From: a virus
Reading direction: 5' to 3' (one strand)
Length of the DNA stretch: 64,000 nucleotides
Virus record (IMG/VR): IMGVR_UViG_3300048011_000525
Coordinates: 32,001 to 96,000 of that record
Shown: piece after piece, positions 18,903 to 29,164 of the stretch
How positions within the stretch are numbered: the first letter of the stretch is position 1
Layout of the letters: each line of letters opens with the position of its first letter
Made by a program: the position numbers and the translations under genes
The notes under the pieces: model-generated
Told to the model about the DNA's origin: nothing
Database searches by the model: none
Seen by the model: the letters and a program-made list of their open reading frames with translations, nothing else

Positions 18903-20311
18903 TATGTATTTCCTAACGGATTTTTCTGACTAGGTATTGTTCTTAAATTGCCTTGTCCATTTTCGTTAAAGTTATTTACAACTTGATTAGCAATACCAAT
19001 AACTTTTTGGTTGCCGTTTTCTATAGCTTCATCAACATTTTGCAATAGTGTTGCTTGTTCTGTTGCATTTAAATCATCAAATGCGGTAAGACTGCTGCCA
19101 GCTTGTCCTGTAGATGTAGTCAGCACACCAATAGCAAGCGCCTTCTTAGCAACAGTTTCTTTTAGTTCGATATTGCCGTCTAAAGATGCTTGTAGTGCAA
19201 CTGGTGGATAGAATTTGTCTTCTTTTTGTAATGTTATTGCTGTTGCTTCAGTGGATTGTGTGCCATTGCCGCCCGACTTAGGGAAACTTGTATTTGATAG
19301 TCCGCTTACATTTGTACCAGTTGCTGTTCTAATAGTTTTTCCGGCAACTTGAAATGCTTCACTTCTTACACCTTCTTTGGTAAGTTTTTTAGCATTGTTT
19401 ACTGTACGTGCTGCTGTTAGCAACGTGCCTAAGTCTGCTTTGCCACTTGCTAAATCTCCTAGCACACTAGTTCCGCCTGCTAATACACCCGCACTACCAA
19501 ATAAACTTGCACTACTGCCTGCTGAGATAGGACTTGGTGTACTATCATAATGGTCTGTAGCAAATCCTTTGGGCGATGTTCCTTCTGCAATAGGTCCGTC
19601 TGCATAAAATACTGTTTCATATGCAACAGTCATACTACTTTGTACTGGCTCTGCACTTGCACTATTATCTAAAGTGTCATGTTGCCAGCTTTCTATCATA
19701 GGATTAACAAGTGTCATTGTTAGATATTGATGTCTTGCAAGTTGGCTTATTTGGATACTTGTAAAGAATGGTTCGTAACTATCGTTGTCAAAACCAAATC
19801 TATATCCGTTTTGTTCTCTTCCTTTATAGGAATTAAATCTATCGTATGCTCTATCTGTTTGATTAGGGGCGCCAGCGCCGTCTCTACTACCGTATGTTCC
19901 ATCTGCATAATAATAGTTATAATAAGCAGTCCATAGTTGAGTAACAATACTGTTGCTGTCATCATGAAATGTAATATTTACAGGGCTGTAATCAATTCTA
20001 GTTTGTAAATTTTTCTTACGATTGTATTTGTTTTTAGTTTCTAAACTAATATCAAACTTAGGCATTGTTACTGCTTTTACAAGCATATTAACTTCGTTAG
20101 TGTGTCTTTGTACCCATTGAGGTAATATCTTATTAACTACATTATCATTTAAGTTAAGAGTTACATGATATAGAAATTTTTGTTTTGGAGATAGGCGAAA
20201 CTCGTTATCAGTGAACAAACGAGCCGCATGAGCGTAGTCAGCCATATTGCCTTTAGGGCTTAATGCTCCATTTACTACGTTATCTAAGAAACCATTGAAT
20301 ATACTTGCCAT
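18902..20311 (-). CDS. Tail-tube-fold baseplate/tube initiator protein (gp54/gp48-like) with a C-terminal extension
   Basis: VKAVTMPKF, YSPVNITFHDD and MTVAYET parallel the tube protein; adjacent to gp19. Confidence 0.55.
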   Translation of the reverse strand: MASIFNGFLDNVVNGALSPKGNMADYAHAARLFTDNEFRLSPKQKFLYHVTLNLNDNVVNKILPQWVQRHTNEVNMLVKAVTMPKFDISLETKNKYNRKKNLQTRIDYSPVNITFHDDSNSIVTQLWTAYYNYYYADGTYGSRDGAGAPNQTDRAYDRFNSYKGREQNGYRFGFDNDSYEPFFTSIQISQLARHQYLTMTLVNPMIESWQHDTLDNSASAEPVQSSMTVAYETVFYADGPIAEGTSPKGFATDHYDSTPSPISAGSSASLFGSAGVLAGGTSVLGDLASGKADLGTLLTAARTVNNAKKLTKEGVRSEAFQVAGKTIRTATGTNVSGLSNTSFPKSGGNGTQSTEATAITLQKEDKFYPPVALQASLDGNIELKETVAKKALAIGVLTTSTGQAGSSLTAFDDLNATEQATLLQNVDEAIENGNQKVIGIANQVVNNFNENGQGNLRTIPSQKNPLGNT

Positions 20312-20349
20312 ACTAATATTTATCCAATGTAATAAAGTACGTACATAAA

Positions 20350-20376
20350 GAAAAAGGGAGCATTGCTCCCCTTTTC
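20350..20376. terminator. Rho-independent terminator after gp19
   Basis: gaaaaa gggagc att gctccc cttttc. Confidence 0.7.
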
Positions 20377-20402
20377 AGTCGACTGTTTGACTAGTTTAGT
20401 TT

Positions 20403-21041
20403 TTAACTTGTACCTGTTGTTGATGCAATAGCTGCTACGCTTCTGCCAATAGCAGTACCAACTCCGCCGCCTGATGCGCCTTGAGTTTGGATTGCATTAT
20501 CGTACTTAACTGTAAGTGCAACAGTTACTGGCTCGTTAGCAGAATATGCTAGTGAGTTGTAATTTGCACTTTCTAAGTAACAACCGTATAGTTCAAAAGT
20601 TTCTAATACTTCTGGTGCATAGTTACCGTTACCACCGTCTAGAATTTCAATTCTAGTTACAAACTTGTAATCAATACCTGATGCTGCACTTGACTGTTCC
20701 ATAAAGTCGAACTGTCTTTGTAGTTGTTCACCAACTAGTTTTTGTACTGCACCTGTTGCATCGTCACGTAAGTTTAATGTAATAGCTTCCCAGGTATGTT
20801 TACCTGCAAGATAAACTCTTGAGTTATATACGTCAACAGTCATTGTCTCGAAGCTTACGTTAGGTCTAGTAACATCAACCACCTGTTTTGTTAGTTCAGT
20901 AACTTCGCCTGCACTTACACCAAAGTTTTCCAAGCTCACTCTAAAGCGATATTGGAGTTTTGGCATAAGCAACCCTTGTGTAGAGTTGCTTGCATCCGAA
21001 GCTAATGGAACTGTGATTTTTGATAATGATGAAATAGCCAT
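20403..21041 (-). CDS. 19: Tail tube protein (gp19-like)
   Basis: YRFRV, VTRPNV, YLAGKHTWEAITLNLRDD; directly follows the sheath gene. Confidence 0.85.
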   Translation of the reverse strand: MAISSLSKITVPLASDASNSTQGLLMPKLQYRFRVSLENFGVSAGEVTELTKQVVDVTRPNVSFETMTVDVYNSRVYLAGKHTWEAITLNLRDDATGAVQKLVGEQLQRQFDFMEQSSAASGIDYKFVTRIEILDGGNGNYAPEVLETFELYGCYLESANYNSLAYSANEPVTVALTVKYDNAIQTQGASGGGVGTAIGRSVAAIASTTGTS

Positions 21042-21078
21042 TTAATTTGCTCCTAATTTGTTATATGTATTTATCAAT

Positions 21079-24000
21079 TTACAGTCCTGCTATCTCACCA
21101 GTGTTTTTCAAGCGTAGTGGAACGTAAATAAATTCAACTGCTTTCACTGGTTCAATTGCTATATCTAAATACAGCTCGTTTCTATCGATACGTGCCGGTG
21201 TGTTATTGCTTTCGTCACATACTACTAAGAAGTCGTATAGTGCTCTAGCGCCAACTAGCTCTAGACATAAACTCTCTGCTGCCTGTTTGATTTGATCACG
21301 TGTAATCTTATCGTTTGGCTCAAAGATGTAAGGTTTAGCAAGTTTGTTAAGTTGGCTACGTAAGTAGATAACCAAACGTGCTACGTTAATTCTATCTAAA
21401 GAACTAGCACCTCTTGCACGAGTCTTTTGACCGTAGTTAACAAGTCCTGCTCCGTTGATAAATGTAATCGGGTTAACGTTAACACTGTATAGCGTATCAC
21501 GCTGTCCTTCGTTTAGTGCAACACTTGTAAATTCGCCTTCGGCATTAATATAACCTGTTGCTGTTGCGTTAGTAACTCCACCGCGTCTTGTACCTGCTGG
21601 TGCAAACCATGGATAAGAAACTTGATCGCTTAGTGCAATAGTGCGTAGCATCATGTGACTTGGTGGAACAACTACGTTGTTACCTGCGTTATCACTTGTG
21701 AAGCCTGCTGGGTAGAAGATACCTAAGTATTCATCTCTACTAACTAAGCCGTCATCGTTATCTTCAACTGCTAGTGCAACGTTCTGACCCCACTCATTAA
21801 GTGAAGTAGCGTCTGACGCTAATCTAAATGGACTGTCGCCTACAATAAATGCACTTAGTCCTCTATCATAGTTTAGGCTTACCATTTCGCCAATTAGCTC
21901 TGGATAACCTGGTGTTGCCATTATGTTAAACACTCTTGATTCGTCATCTCTGATTTCATCGTTGCTGTTAACCATTGATTGTAGCTGCTGTACAACAACC
22001 TTACGCTGTGCATGACGTCCAAAACTACCTGATCCATCTTCTTGGTTAGCTGATTCAGTAACCCAACGGTCAGTTCCGTATCCACTCATGCTTACGTCAC
22101 CCATTCTGCCGTTATCAGCAGTTGTATCAATGTAGTTACGTACATATTTCTTAACGTTGAATCCGCTACGTCTCATGTTCCATAGCAACATACCTTGTGG
22201 ATATAGTGCTGGATCTGGAGCATCTGGATCTAAGAAGTCGCTTGCGGCTAATTCTGCAATAGTTGCTTCTGTGCCGCTTCCGTCTGTACTCCAACGTGCA
22301 TCTGCAAATAGTACACCGTCTTCTGTGGTTTGATCTGATTTATCAACTAAATCCCACTGTGTAGTGCCGCCGTTGTAACGATAAATTGTTGGATAATTTT
22401 CTAAGTCAGCTGTGCTTACCCAAATGTCTTGATCAGTTGGGCTGCTTGGCTCAGTTGCTGCTGTAGTAACACCTGCTAACGGATGTAGAGTGTTGTATCC
22501 TACCCATGTAGTACCATTGTGTACCATCATGTCAACTTCGTCAACAACTGAACTATACCATAGTGTACCGTCTGCTGTTGTTGAGGTCGGAGCATCTGCT
22601 GATGCTGTAAATGTATCTAGTACTGCCCAGTTACTAACACCGTTTGTTGGAGTTATACCAATAGCTGCTAATGCGCCATCAGTATCAGCCATTTCAATGT
22701 CGCCGCCCAACTTGTGTGAAATAGTAACTTTATCGTTTGCATCTACTGAAGCAACAATATTAGTAAATCCTGAACTATTAATGGCATCGGCCATGTCATC
22801 AGCATCTGATGCTGCGCCTGCTGCTGTAAATGTTATAGTTCTTGTGCTTACTGTAGCATTTCCTACAAGTGTTTCTGATAAATTAAAGCTAACTGAACCA
22901 GCACTAATTTGTGTTGCTACTGCATTTGATGTAACAGAACTTGCACCTGCTGCACTTCTTCTAAATACTTTAAATTCAGCTAGTGGGCTTGCTGCTTCTG
23001 TCCAGTTAGACTGTACATACAAGTCACCAATTGGTAAGTTAACTCCGCCGCCTGTTTTGTCTAATGCTACAAGTGCTGCTTCATTATCAGCATAAATTGG
23101 TGCGCTTACTAAGTCCCATAGTGCAGTATCAGCATTCCAAGTTTTAATTCTCCAACGTGCGCCGCCATTTGGTTCTGTTGTTTTAACCCATACACTACCT
23201 GTTGGGCGTGTGTCGGTTCCTGAAGATTTGTACTGCGGTACACTTGTATGAGGTGCAATAGCTAGTTTTGGAACTGCATAATTGCCAATTGTAATACCTA
23301 GTGTGCCTTCTAAATCGTTGTTTCCTGCTTTTACTTCAAGCGTTGTAGCAACAGTTCCGTCATTTAAAATAGCAAGTTGATCGTCAATATTTGCTAATGA
23401 AACGCCAGTACTTGTTAGTACACTATTACCGTTTGAAACAATATCAGCCAATGTAGTTGCTGCGCCGCCTGATGCTGCTGCTGTAATTGTGTAATCACTA
23501 CCAGAAACATTAATAATAAATGTATCTGTATCAAGTAGTCCACTTGTAACTGCTTCAGTTCCTAATACGCTCGGAGTAGAACCTACCCAGTCATCTGATC
23601 CAACTTTAACCCATGTACCTAAATAATTTTTCTTGTACACTGCATATGATGTAGTTTGTCCTGCAACAATAGCATAATCGCCAATTGCGCCTACTGATCC
23701 TTTTGGAGCTCCGCCGCTGAGTTTGTCAGCATCAGTAATAATCATTGGACTTTGTACAGAGAAACTTTGTCCGCCTGCTGTGGTTGCTGCTTCGCCATTC
23801 CACTCAAAAATGCCAAATGCTGTAGAAGCTGTGTCTACCCAATAAGCGCCATCTGCTGGATCGCCTGTTGGTGCATCTGCTGTTGCTTGTAGTGCGCCTA
23901 AGTCTACATCTGCTCTTACAATCCAAGCTCTATTACTTACACCTAATAGTGAGTAAGCTGCTTGTAGTCCGTATTCATTAAGTTCACCTGCATGAATTGG

Positions 24001-24246
24001 ATTGTTATTGTTATCAGTGTAAAAAATTGGATCGCCGAATGTTTCAGTTAGATCGCGCTGCGATGTAAGCAAGTAAGGTTTGCCTGCGTTTGCTGCGGTT
24101 GTACCCGGAGCAATACCTGTGCCAGCGCCATTTGTTTTGTTTTCGGCGGTGGCTACAAAAATCATTGGAACTGTACCTGGTTCAGCGGGTGTGTAAAAAC
24201 TTTCGTCTACTACGCTTACCTGTACGCCTGGTGATGTTAGTGCCAT
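21079..24246 (-). CDS. 18: Contractile tail sheath protein (gp18-like), enlarged to 1055 aa
   Basis: MALTSPGV start, WFAPAGTRRG, NPI, RINVARL, FEPND, AVEFIY. Confidence 0.95.
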   Translation of the reverse strand: MALTSPGVQVSVVDESFYTPAEPGTVPMIFVATAENKTNGAGTGIAPGTTAANAGKPYLLTSQRDLTETFGDPIFYTDNNNNPIHAGELNEYGLQAAYSLLGVSNRAWIVRADVDLGALQATADAPTGDPADGAYWVDTASTAFGIFEWNGEAATTAGGQSFSVQSPMIITDADKLSGGAPKGSVGAIGDYAIVAGQTTSYAVYKKNYLGTWVKVGSDDWVGSTPSVLGTEAVTSGLLDTDTFIINVSGSDYTITAAASGGAATTLADIVSNGNSVLTSTGVSLANIDDQLAILNDGTVATTLEVKAGNNDLEGTLGITIGNYAVPKLAIAPHTSVPQYKSSGTDTRPTGSVWVKTTEPNGGARWRIKTWNADTALWDLVSAPIYADNEAALVALDKTGGGVNLPIGDLYVQSNWTEAASPLAEFKVFRRSAAGASSVTSNAVATQISAGSVSFNLSETLVGNATVSTRTITFTAAGAASDADDMADAINSSGFTNIVASVDANDKVTISHKLGGDIEMADTDGALAAIGITPTNGVSNWAVLDTFTASADAPTSTTADGTLWYSSVVDEVDMMVHNGTTWVGYNTLHPLAGVTTAATEPSSPTDQDIWVSTADLENYPTIYRYNGGTTQWDLVDKSDQTTEDGVLFADARWSTDGSGTEATIAELAASDFLDPDAPDPALYPQGMLLWNMRRSGFNVKKYVRNYIDTTADNGRMGDVSMSGYGTDRWVTESANQEDGSGSFGRHAQRKVVVQQLQSMVNSNDEIRDDESRVFNIMATPGYPELIGEMVSLNYDRGLSAFIVGDSPFRLASDATSLNEWGQNVALAVEDNDDGLVSRDEYLGIFYPAGFTSDNAGNNVVVPPSHMMLRTIALSDQVSYPWFAPAGTRRGGVTNATATGYINAEGEFTSVALNEGQRDTLYSVNVNPITFINGAGLVNYGQKTRARGASSLDRINVARLVIYLRSQLNKLAKPYIFEPNDKITRDQIKQAAESLCLELVGARALYDFLVVCDESNNTPARIDRNELYLDIAIEPVKAVEFIYVPLRLKNTGEIAGL

Positions 24247-24361
24247 TATAAATCTCCTATAATAATGTTTGAGCGTTTGTTATAGTTATTTAGCAGAGTT
24301 TCAATAATTCACTGCTTATAACACCATAAAAAAGGTACCGAAAAGGTGAGCTAAATACAAT

Positions 24362-24697
24362 ATGAGACCATTATGCACATGCGGACAGCGTCCTGCTGCA
24401 ATAAACTACAAAAAAGGTAATAAAACCTATTATAGAAAGCTATGCGAACGTTGTTTACGTAACGGACTAGGACACGGCATTCCTAAGTGGAAACAACGAG
24501 GATATAAGAAAAAAGATGTTTGTGAAAAGTGTGGTTATAAGTCTAAACATCCTGAACAGTTTAATGTATTTCATATAGACGGGGATTTAAATAATTGCCG
24601 GCCAGGCAACTTAAAAACTATATGTGCTAACTGTCAGCGTATTCTTCAAAAAGATGGAGTTGTGTGGAAGCAGGGAGACTTAGTCCCTGATTTTTAA
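24362..24697 (+). CDS. Zn-ribbon/HNH-like protein with a degenerate active site
   Basis: CTC, CERC, CEKC, then FHIDGDLNNCRPGNLKTICANCQ; TAAATA 4 nt before the ATG. Confidence 0.7.
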   Translation: MRPLCTCGQRPAAINYKKGNKTYYRKLCERCLRNGLGHGIPKWKQRGYKKKDVCEKCGYKSKHPEQFNVFHIDGDLNNCRPGNLKTICANCQRILQKDGVVWKQGDLVPDF

Positions 24698-25187
24698 AGA
24701 TAGTTTTAATTAGTATTTCTACGTTCTTTTCAAGTCTTGCTAAATCGCCATTGTTGTCAATAGTATAATCACACATCCATTGTTCAATGCTCATCGAGTC
24801 AGGATCTTCTTTAGGCAAATGATCTGTACGATCAACCCAAATAGCATAATCAAAAATTTCTTCGTTCTGCATTGCAAAGAACTCGCGCTTGTTACGTAGC
24901 CCACAATAGATATCGTGTTTTGCAAACAAGTTACGCCCTAGACGTGCTAAATCATCTTTGCAGTAATTATGAATCATGTTGTACCATAGCACACGATGAT
25001 GGTGTCTATCTATATAACACTGTTCTTCGTCAGCATATCCGTACTCGTGTTTTAGTTCTTCAAATATAAAAAGCTCTGAACAGAACTTAGAACTTGATTG
25101 AAATGTATATCCGTACTTCTCTAACATTTCACAGACAGTATCTTTGCCGTGCCTGCCGTGTCCAACAATTAATAATTTAGGTAACAT
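24627..25187 (-). CDS. Deoxynucleoside monophosphate kinase (gp1-like)
   Basis: P-loop GHGRHGKDT, LRNKRE, IWVDR, IDNNGDL. Confidence 0.7.
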   Translation of the reverse strand: MLPKLLIVGHGRHGKDTVCEMLEKYGYTFQSSSKFCSELFIFEELKHEYGYADEEQCYIDRHHHRVLWYNMIHNYCKDDLARLGRNLFAKHDIYCGLRNKREFFAMQNEEIFDYAIWVDRTDHLPKEDPDSMSIEQWMCDYTIDNNGDLARLEKNVEILIKTIFKNQGLSLPASTQLHLFEEYADS

Positions 25188-25211
25188 ACAAACTCCTCTA
25201 AGAATATGTAT

Positions 25212-25239
25212 ATTATAGCATCTTAGTTTACGTTGTCAA
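25212..25239 (-). promoter_or_regulatory. Sigma70 promoter with extended -10 for the dNMP kinase gene
   Basis: Minus strand TTGACA-16-TATAAT with TG upstream of the -10 (TGcTATAAT). Confidence 0.75.
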
Positions 25240-25246
25240 GAAGTTT

Positions 25247-26230
25247 TTAGCCAATAGTGAAGCCGTAGCCTACACCGCCTGCCATTTGAGTTGAAACCTC
25301 TGCTTCAAGTTTTTCCATTTCGGCTTGTGCTTCTGCTTTGAGTGCGTCACCGTTAAGTGCTGATCCGCCTTGTGGTCCTGCAATAGTAGCAAACTTACTA
25401 CGTGCTTCGCCTAACATAAATTTACATGCAGCAAGTGTGTAGTCTTTAATCCATTGACTTGCTAGGTAGTCGTTTAACAACTCGCTGTCTGGTCGATAGT
25501 TGTAGCAATATAATAAAATAGTTTCGTTTGCTCTAGGACGCTGAAGCAGTGTTAGCTTTTTGCTTGTAGTGTTCCATTTAAATTCAATAAAGCTACCAAA
25601 CATTCTACCTACCAGTTCTTGGTATTGACTAAACATATCGTATGTTGCTAGTCCTCCTAAGTTAGAACTTGATAGCAAGTATGCGTTTGTGTATGCTAAA
25701 CTAAAAGGATCAAATAAACTTCCGCCGCCATTTTCGCCACTATCATAAAGTTTTACATTTACAACATCTCCAGTAGTTAACCCTGTGTTGAATGTAATAG
25801 TTCTTGCATTATAATCAGTAGAATAATCTGTAGTAACTGCACCGTTAACTGTTACTACAATAGATTGCACTATTCCTAAATTGTAATTTACATTAAAAAC
25901 TTGTTGAGATGCTGTTGATATTAACGTAGTTGAATATAATGCTGGTCCTGAGACTGAAGTACTTGGGCGTGAGCCAATGCTTCTGCGAAATGTTTTACGA
26001 ACTTCTACAACTTCGTTAGGCAATGTATATTCGCTTTGATCAACTATAGTATCCATAAACAAATAGCTTTCTTCTACGCTATTGTCACTACGCTGTCTAA
26101 ATTTAGAAAATGCTTTTTTAAGTGCAGTTTCGTAGTGGATAGGATCTAGTTCAACATCTACCATGCCTCCGCCAAGGAAGGCATTTACATAGTCGAATAC
26201 TTCTTGCTTTTGTGTTTGTGCTACTGCCAT
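25247..26230 (-). CDS. 13: Neck protein (gp13-like) with an inserted beta-rich domain
   Basis: LGGGMVDVEL, WIKDYTLA, GEARSKF, GPQGG..LNG. Confidence 0.85.
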   Translation of the reverse strand: MAVAQTQKQEVFDYVNAFLGGGMVDVELDPIHYETALKKAFSKFRQRSDNSVEESYLFMDTIVDQSEYTLPNEVVEVRKTFRRSIGSRPSTSVSGPALYSTTLISTASQQVFNVNYNLGIVQSIVVTVNGAVTTDYSTDYNARTITFNTGLTTGDVVNVKLYDSGENGGGSLFDPFSLAYTNAYLLSSSNLGGLATYDMFSQYQELVGRMFGSFIEFKWNTTSKKLTLLQRPRANETILLYCYNYRPDSELLNDYLASQWIKDYTLAACKFMLGEARSKFATIAGPQGGSALNGDALKAEAQAEMEKLEAEVSTQMAGGVGYGFTIG

Positions 26231-26249
26231 TTACATTTCTCCGTCATAG

Positions 26250-26269
26250 TATTTATCTTTCGATAAATA
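26250..26269. promoter_or_regulatory. Palindromic bidirectional late promoter
   Basis: tatttatc tttc gataaata: GATAAATA on both strands, between divergent gp13 and gp14. Confidence 0.75.
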
Positions 26270-26274
26270 TGTGT

Positions 26275-27642
26275 ATGCCAAGACTTAGTTTATATAAACC
26301 AGAGCGCGGTGCAGACTTTAAATTTCTGGATCGACAAATTAACGAAATGTTCACAATAGGTGGTACAGACCTGTTTGTCCACAAATATATCGGTACGAAT
26401 GACGGTACAACTGAAAAGGATCATACACAAATCCAAGATATGTTGTTCTTAGAAAATCGCGATAGAAAATATGATTCAGACATATACACCATACGTGGTA
26501 TTTACAATGTACAAGACATTGACTTTGATTTAAGTCAATTTGGTTTGTTCCTTAGTAATGACACACTGTTTATGACTGTGCATATTAGTAGTTCTGTAGA
26601 TGCTATAGGACGCAAACTAATGCCAGGTGATGTAATTGAATTACCACATTTGAAAGACGAGTATGCACTAAATGATTTTAGTGTAGCACTTAAACGTTTT
26701 TATGTTATTGAAGATATCAACAGAGCAGCTGAGGGATTTAGTCCTACTTGGTATCCGCACTTATATAGACTAAAACTTAAACAGATTGTTGATTCGCAAG
26801 AATACAAAGATATACTCGACTTACCTGCAAGTGAAGATTATCCAGAAGACGGAACACTGCGTGATGTATTAAGTACATTTGAAGCGGAGATGAATGTTAA
26901 CAATGCAGTAGTTGCAGAAGCAGAAGCAAACACGCCTAAGAGCGGCTATGATGTTGACGACAATTATTACACACTTGCTGTGGACGAAAACACAGGTAGG
27001 AAAAAAGTTCAACAAGTTGCACAAGATGGTAGTACTATTACAGATAGTGCAACACCTACAACCCACGGATATAAGGGTGTACTAATTGGTGACGAATTTG
27101 CTCCTAACGGTAGTAACTTTAGTAGCGGGATTAGTTTTCCACTAGACAGTACCGAAGGTGACTACTTTTTACGCACAGACTTTTTGCCACAACGTATGTT
27201 CCGCTATGACGGTAGACGTTGGCTGAAAGCACATGATGTTAAGAGAGCTCCAATGAATAACGATACAACACAGACACTACGTGGTTCGTTTATTAATGAT
27301 ATAGATTCGTTTATTTACGACAGACACATTGCACAAGACTTTGTACGTTTAGATGTTGGAGATACTGTTATTAATACTGAGATTGCATATATGACTGCAA
27401 AGTATGTACAACTAGAATATACTAGTGATACAGGAGATGGTGCTCTAAGATTAAATTATGTTGTTGCTGACAATGCAGGCATGCTAACAAGTTATGACGA
27501 CAGCGGCACAGATAGAGTACGTATTACTTTACCAGCAGGTGCAATTAAAGACGAAGGATTGTATAGTTTAACACTACACAATGAAAGAACACAACAACGT
27601 CAAGCACTATCACAAGTGCTAAAACCTAAGGCAGACAACTAA
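26275..27642 (+). CDS. 14: Neck protein (gp14-like) with a C-terminal extension; start at 26275 (MPRLSLY)
   Basis: LFLENRDRKY, LSQFGL, PGDVIELPHL; TAAATA 5 nt before the ATG at 26275. Confidence 0.8.
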   Translation: MPRLSLYKPERGADFKFLDRQINEMFTIGGTDLFVHKYIGTNDGTTEKDHTQIQDMLFLENRDRKYDSDIYTIRGIYNVQDIDFDLSQFGLFLSNDTLFMTVHISSSVDAIGRKLMPGDVIELPHLKDEYALNDFSVALKRFYVIEDINRAAEGFSPTWYPHLYRLKLKQIVDSQEYKDILDLPASEDYPEDGTLRDVLSTFEAEMNVNNAVVAEAEANTPKSGYDVDDNYYTLAVDENTGRKKVQQVAQDGSTITDSATPTTHGYKGVLIGDEFAPNGSNFSSGISFPLDSTEGDYFLRTDFLPQRMFRYDGRRWLKAHDVKRAPMNNDTTQTLRGSFINDIDSFIYDRHIAQDFVRLDVGDTVINTEIAYMTAKYVQLEYTSDTGDGALRLNYVVADNAGMLTSYDDSGTDRVRITLPAGAIKDEGLYSLTLHNERTQQRQALSQVLKPKADN

Positions 27643-29156
27643 TGGCTGAACACTTTTATGACGGACAAATAAGAAAATATCTCGTACAGATGATGCGGTT
27701 GTTTAGTAATTTTAGTTACCAAACAGGCGACGGTACTGAAAAACAAGTACCTGTTTTGTATGGAGACTTAACACGCCAAGTAGGAAGTATTTTAAGAGAC
27801 AATTCTGAAAATAAAATTCCAAGTGCTCCTCGCATGGCAGTTTATATTACAGGCTTAGAACTTGATAGAGATAGAACTAGTGATGCTAGTTATGTAAACA
27901 AGCGTCATGTAAGAGAACGTGCTAAAGATTCAAACGGTGATTATACCGATGAACAAGGACGTCAATATACAGTTGAGCGTTTAATGCCTACACCATATAA
28001 ACTAACTATAAATGTTGACATATGGAGTACAAATACAGATATGAAACTACAGATTATGGAGCAAATATTAATGCTGTTTAATCCTAGTTTAGACATCCAA
28101 ACCACAGACAACTATTTAGACTGGACAAGTTTAACAACAGTAATGCTAGACAGTGTAAACTTTAGCTCACGTTCAATTCCAGTTGGAGTCGATAGTGAAA
28201 TTGATGTAGGACAAATGACATTTAGCACACCAATTTATATTAGTCCTCCTGCTAAAGTTAAACGTCTTGGTGTTGTTACTAATATTGTTACTAGCATATT
28301 TGACGGTGACGGATATTATGACTTTGAAAAAATGCTTGAAGGTACTAACTTGTTTAGTATAGGCGGAGCAACTGCACCTTATGAAAAGGGTAGCGAGCAA
28401 AACGAAGTTGTTGATACAGGTGCCATGCCCAATGACGGTGATGGTGTTCTTACTCCTAGAAAACAAATTACAAGAACTGTTAAACCTATTATTAAAAATC
28501 CATTACAACATCGCATACTGATACTTAATGGACAAATTCAGTTGCTTGATAACGGCTTACCTAGCAACACTGCATGGTCTGAGTATTTTGAAGAAATTCA
28601 AGGTACTTATAAGCCGGGGTTAAGCATAATGTATTTTAGAAAGCCGGACATAAGCGGACTAGTTGCAGGACGTATTACAATCAATCCATTAGACGAAACT
28701 AAACTGTCAATTGCTTGGGATAGAGATACATTGCCAAGCAATGATACAATACAAGGCCCTGCTCGTAATGCTAATCAATATTCAAGTGTAGATTATATTG
28801 TAGATCCGTTGCGTTATGATCCGCAATCAGATACTTCAAAAGCAGGAGTACGATTGCTTATACTTGGTGCAATAGGTGATGCAGATAATGTAGATGGTGC
28901 TGATGCTTGGAAAAATACTGACAACACAGATTTTGTAGCAGGTGATAATGACATTATCGAATATGATGGCGCTAATTGGCATATTGTATTTGATGCAAGC
29001 AAAGACTACCTTCCGTACAATGACGAAACTATTACAACCTTATACACTACAAACTTAAATACCGGTGTACAATACTACTGGGATGGCGATCAGTGGTTAT
29101 TAAGCGTAGACGGCGAATATGCCAAAGGTGACTGGGTAATTGAGCTAGACGGCTAA
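27642..29156 (+). CDS. 15: Tail sheath stabiliser/terminator (gp15-like) with a C-terminal extension
   Basis: HFYDGQIRKY, VPVLYG, PRMA, PTPY, QIMEQILMLFNP. Confidence 0.85.
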   Translation: MAEHFYDGQIRKYLVQMMRLFSNFSYQTGDGTEKQVPVLYGDLTRQVGSILRDNSENKIPSAPRMAVYITGLELDRDRTSDASYVNKRHVRERAKDSNGDYTDEQGRQYTVERLMPTPYKLTINVDIWSTNTDMKLQIMEQILMLFNPSLDIQTTDNYLDWTSLTTVMLDSVNFSSRSIPVGVDSEIDVGQMTFSTPIYISPPAKVKRLGVVTNIVTSIFDGDGYYDFEKMLEGTNLFSIGGATAPYEKGSEQNEVVDTGAMPNDGDGVLTPRKQITRTVKPIIKNPLQHRILILNGQIQLLDNGLPSNTAWSEYFEEIQGTYKPGLSIMYFRKPDISGLVAGRITINPLDETKLSIAWDRDTLPSNDTIQGPARNANQYSSVDYIVDPLRYDPQSDTSKAGVRLLILGAIGDADNVDGADAWKNTDNTDFVAGDNDIIEYDGANWHIVFDASKDYLPYNDETITTLYTTNLNTGVQYYWDGDQWLLSVDGEYAKGDWVIELDG

Positions 29157-29164
29157 TTACTAGT

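Noticed and set aside
14032-26274. ORF-track starts at 14094, 16435 and 26212
   Set aside because: They overlap neighbouring genes; downstream ATGs at 14031, 16393 and 26275 fit the promoter or SD signals.
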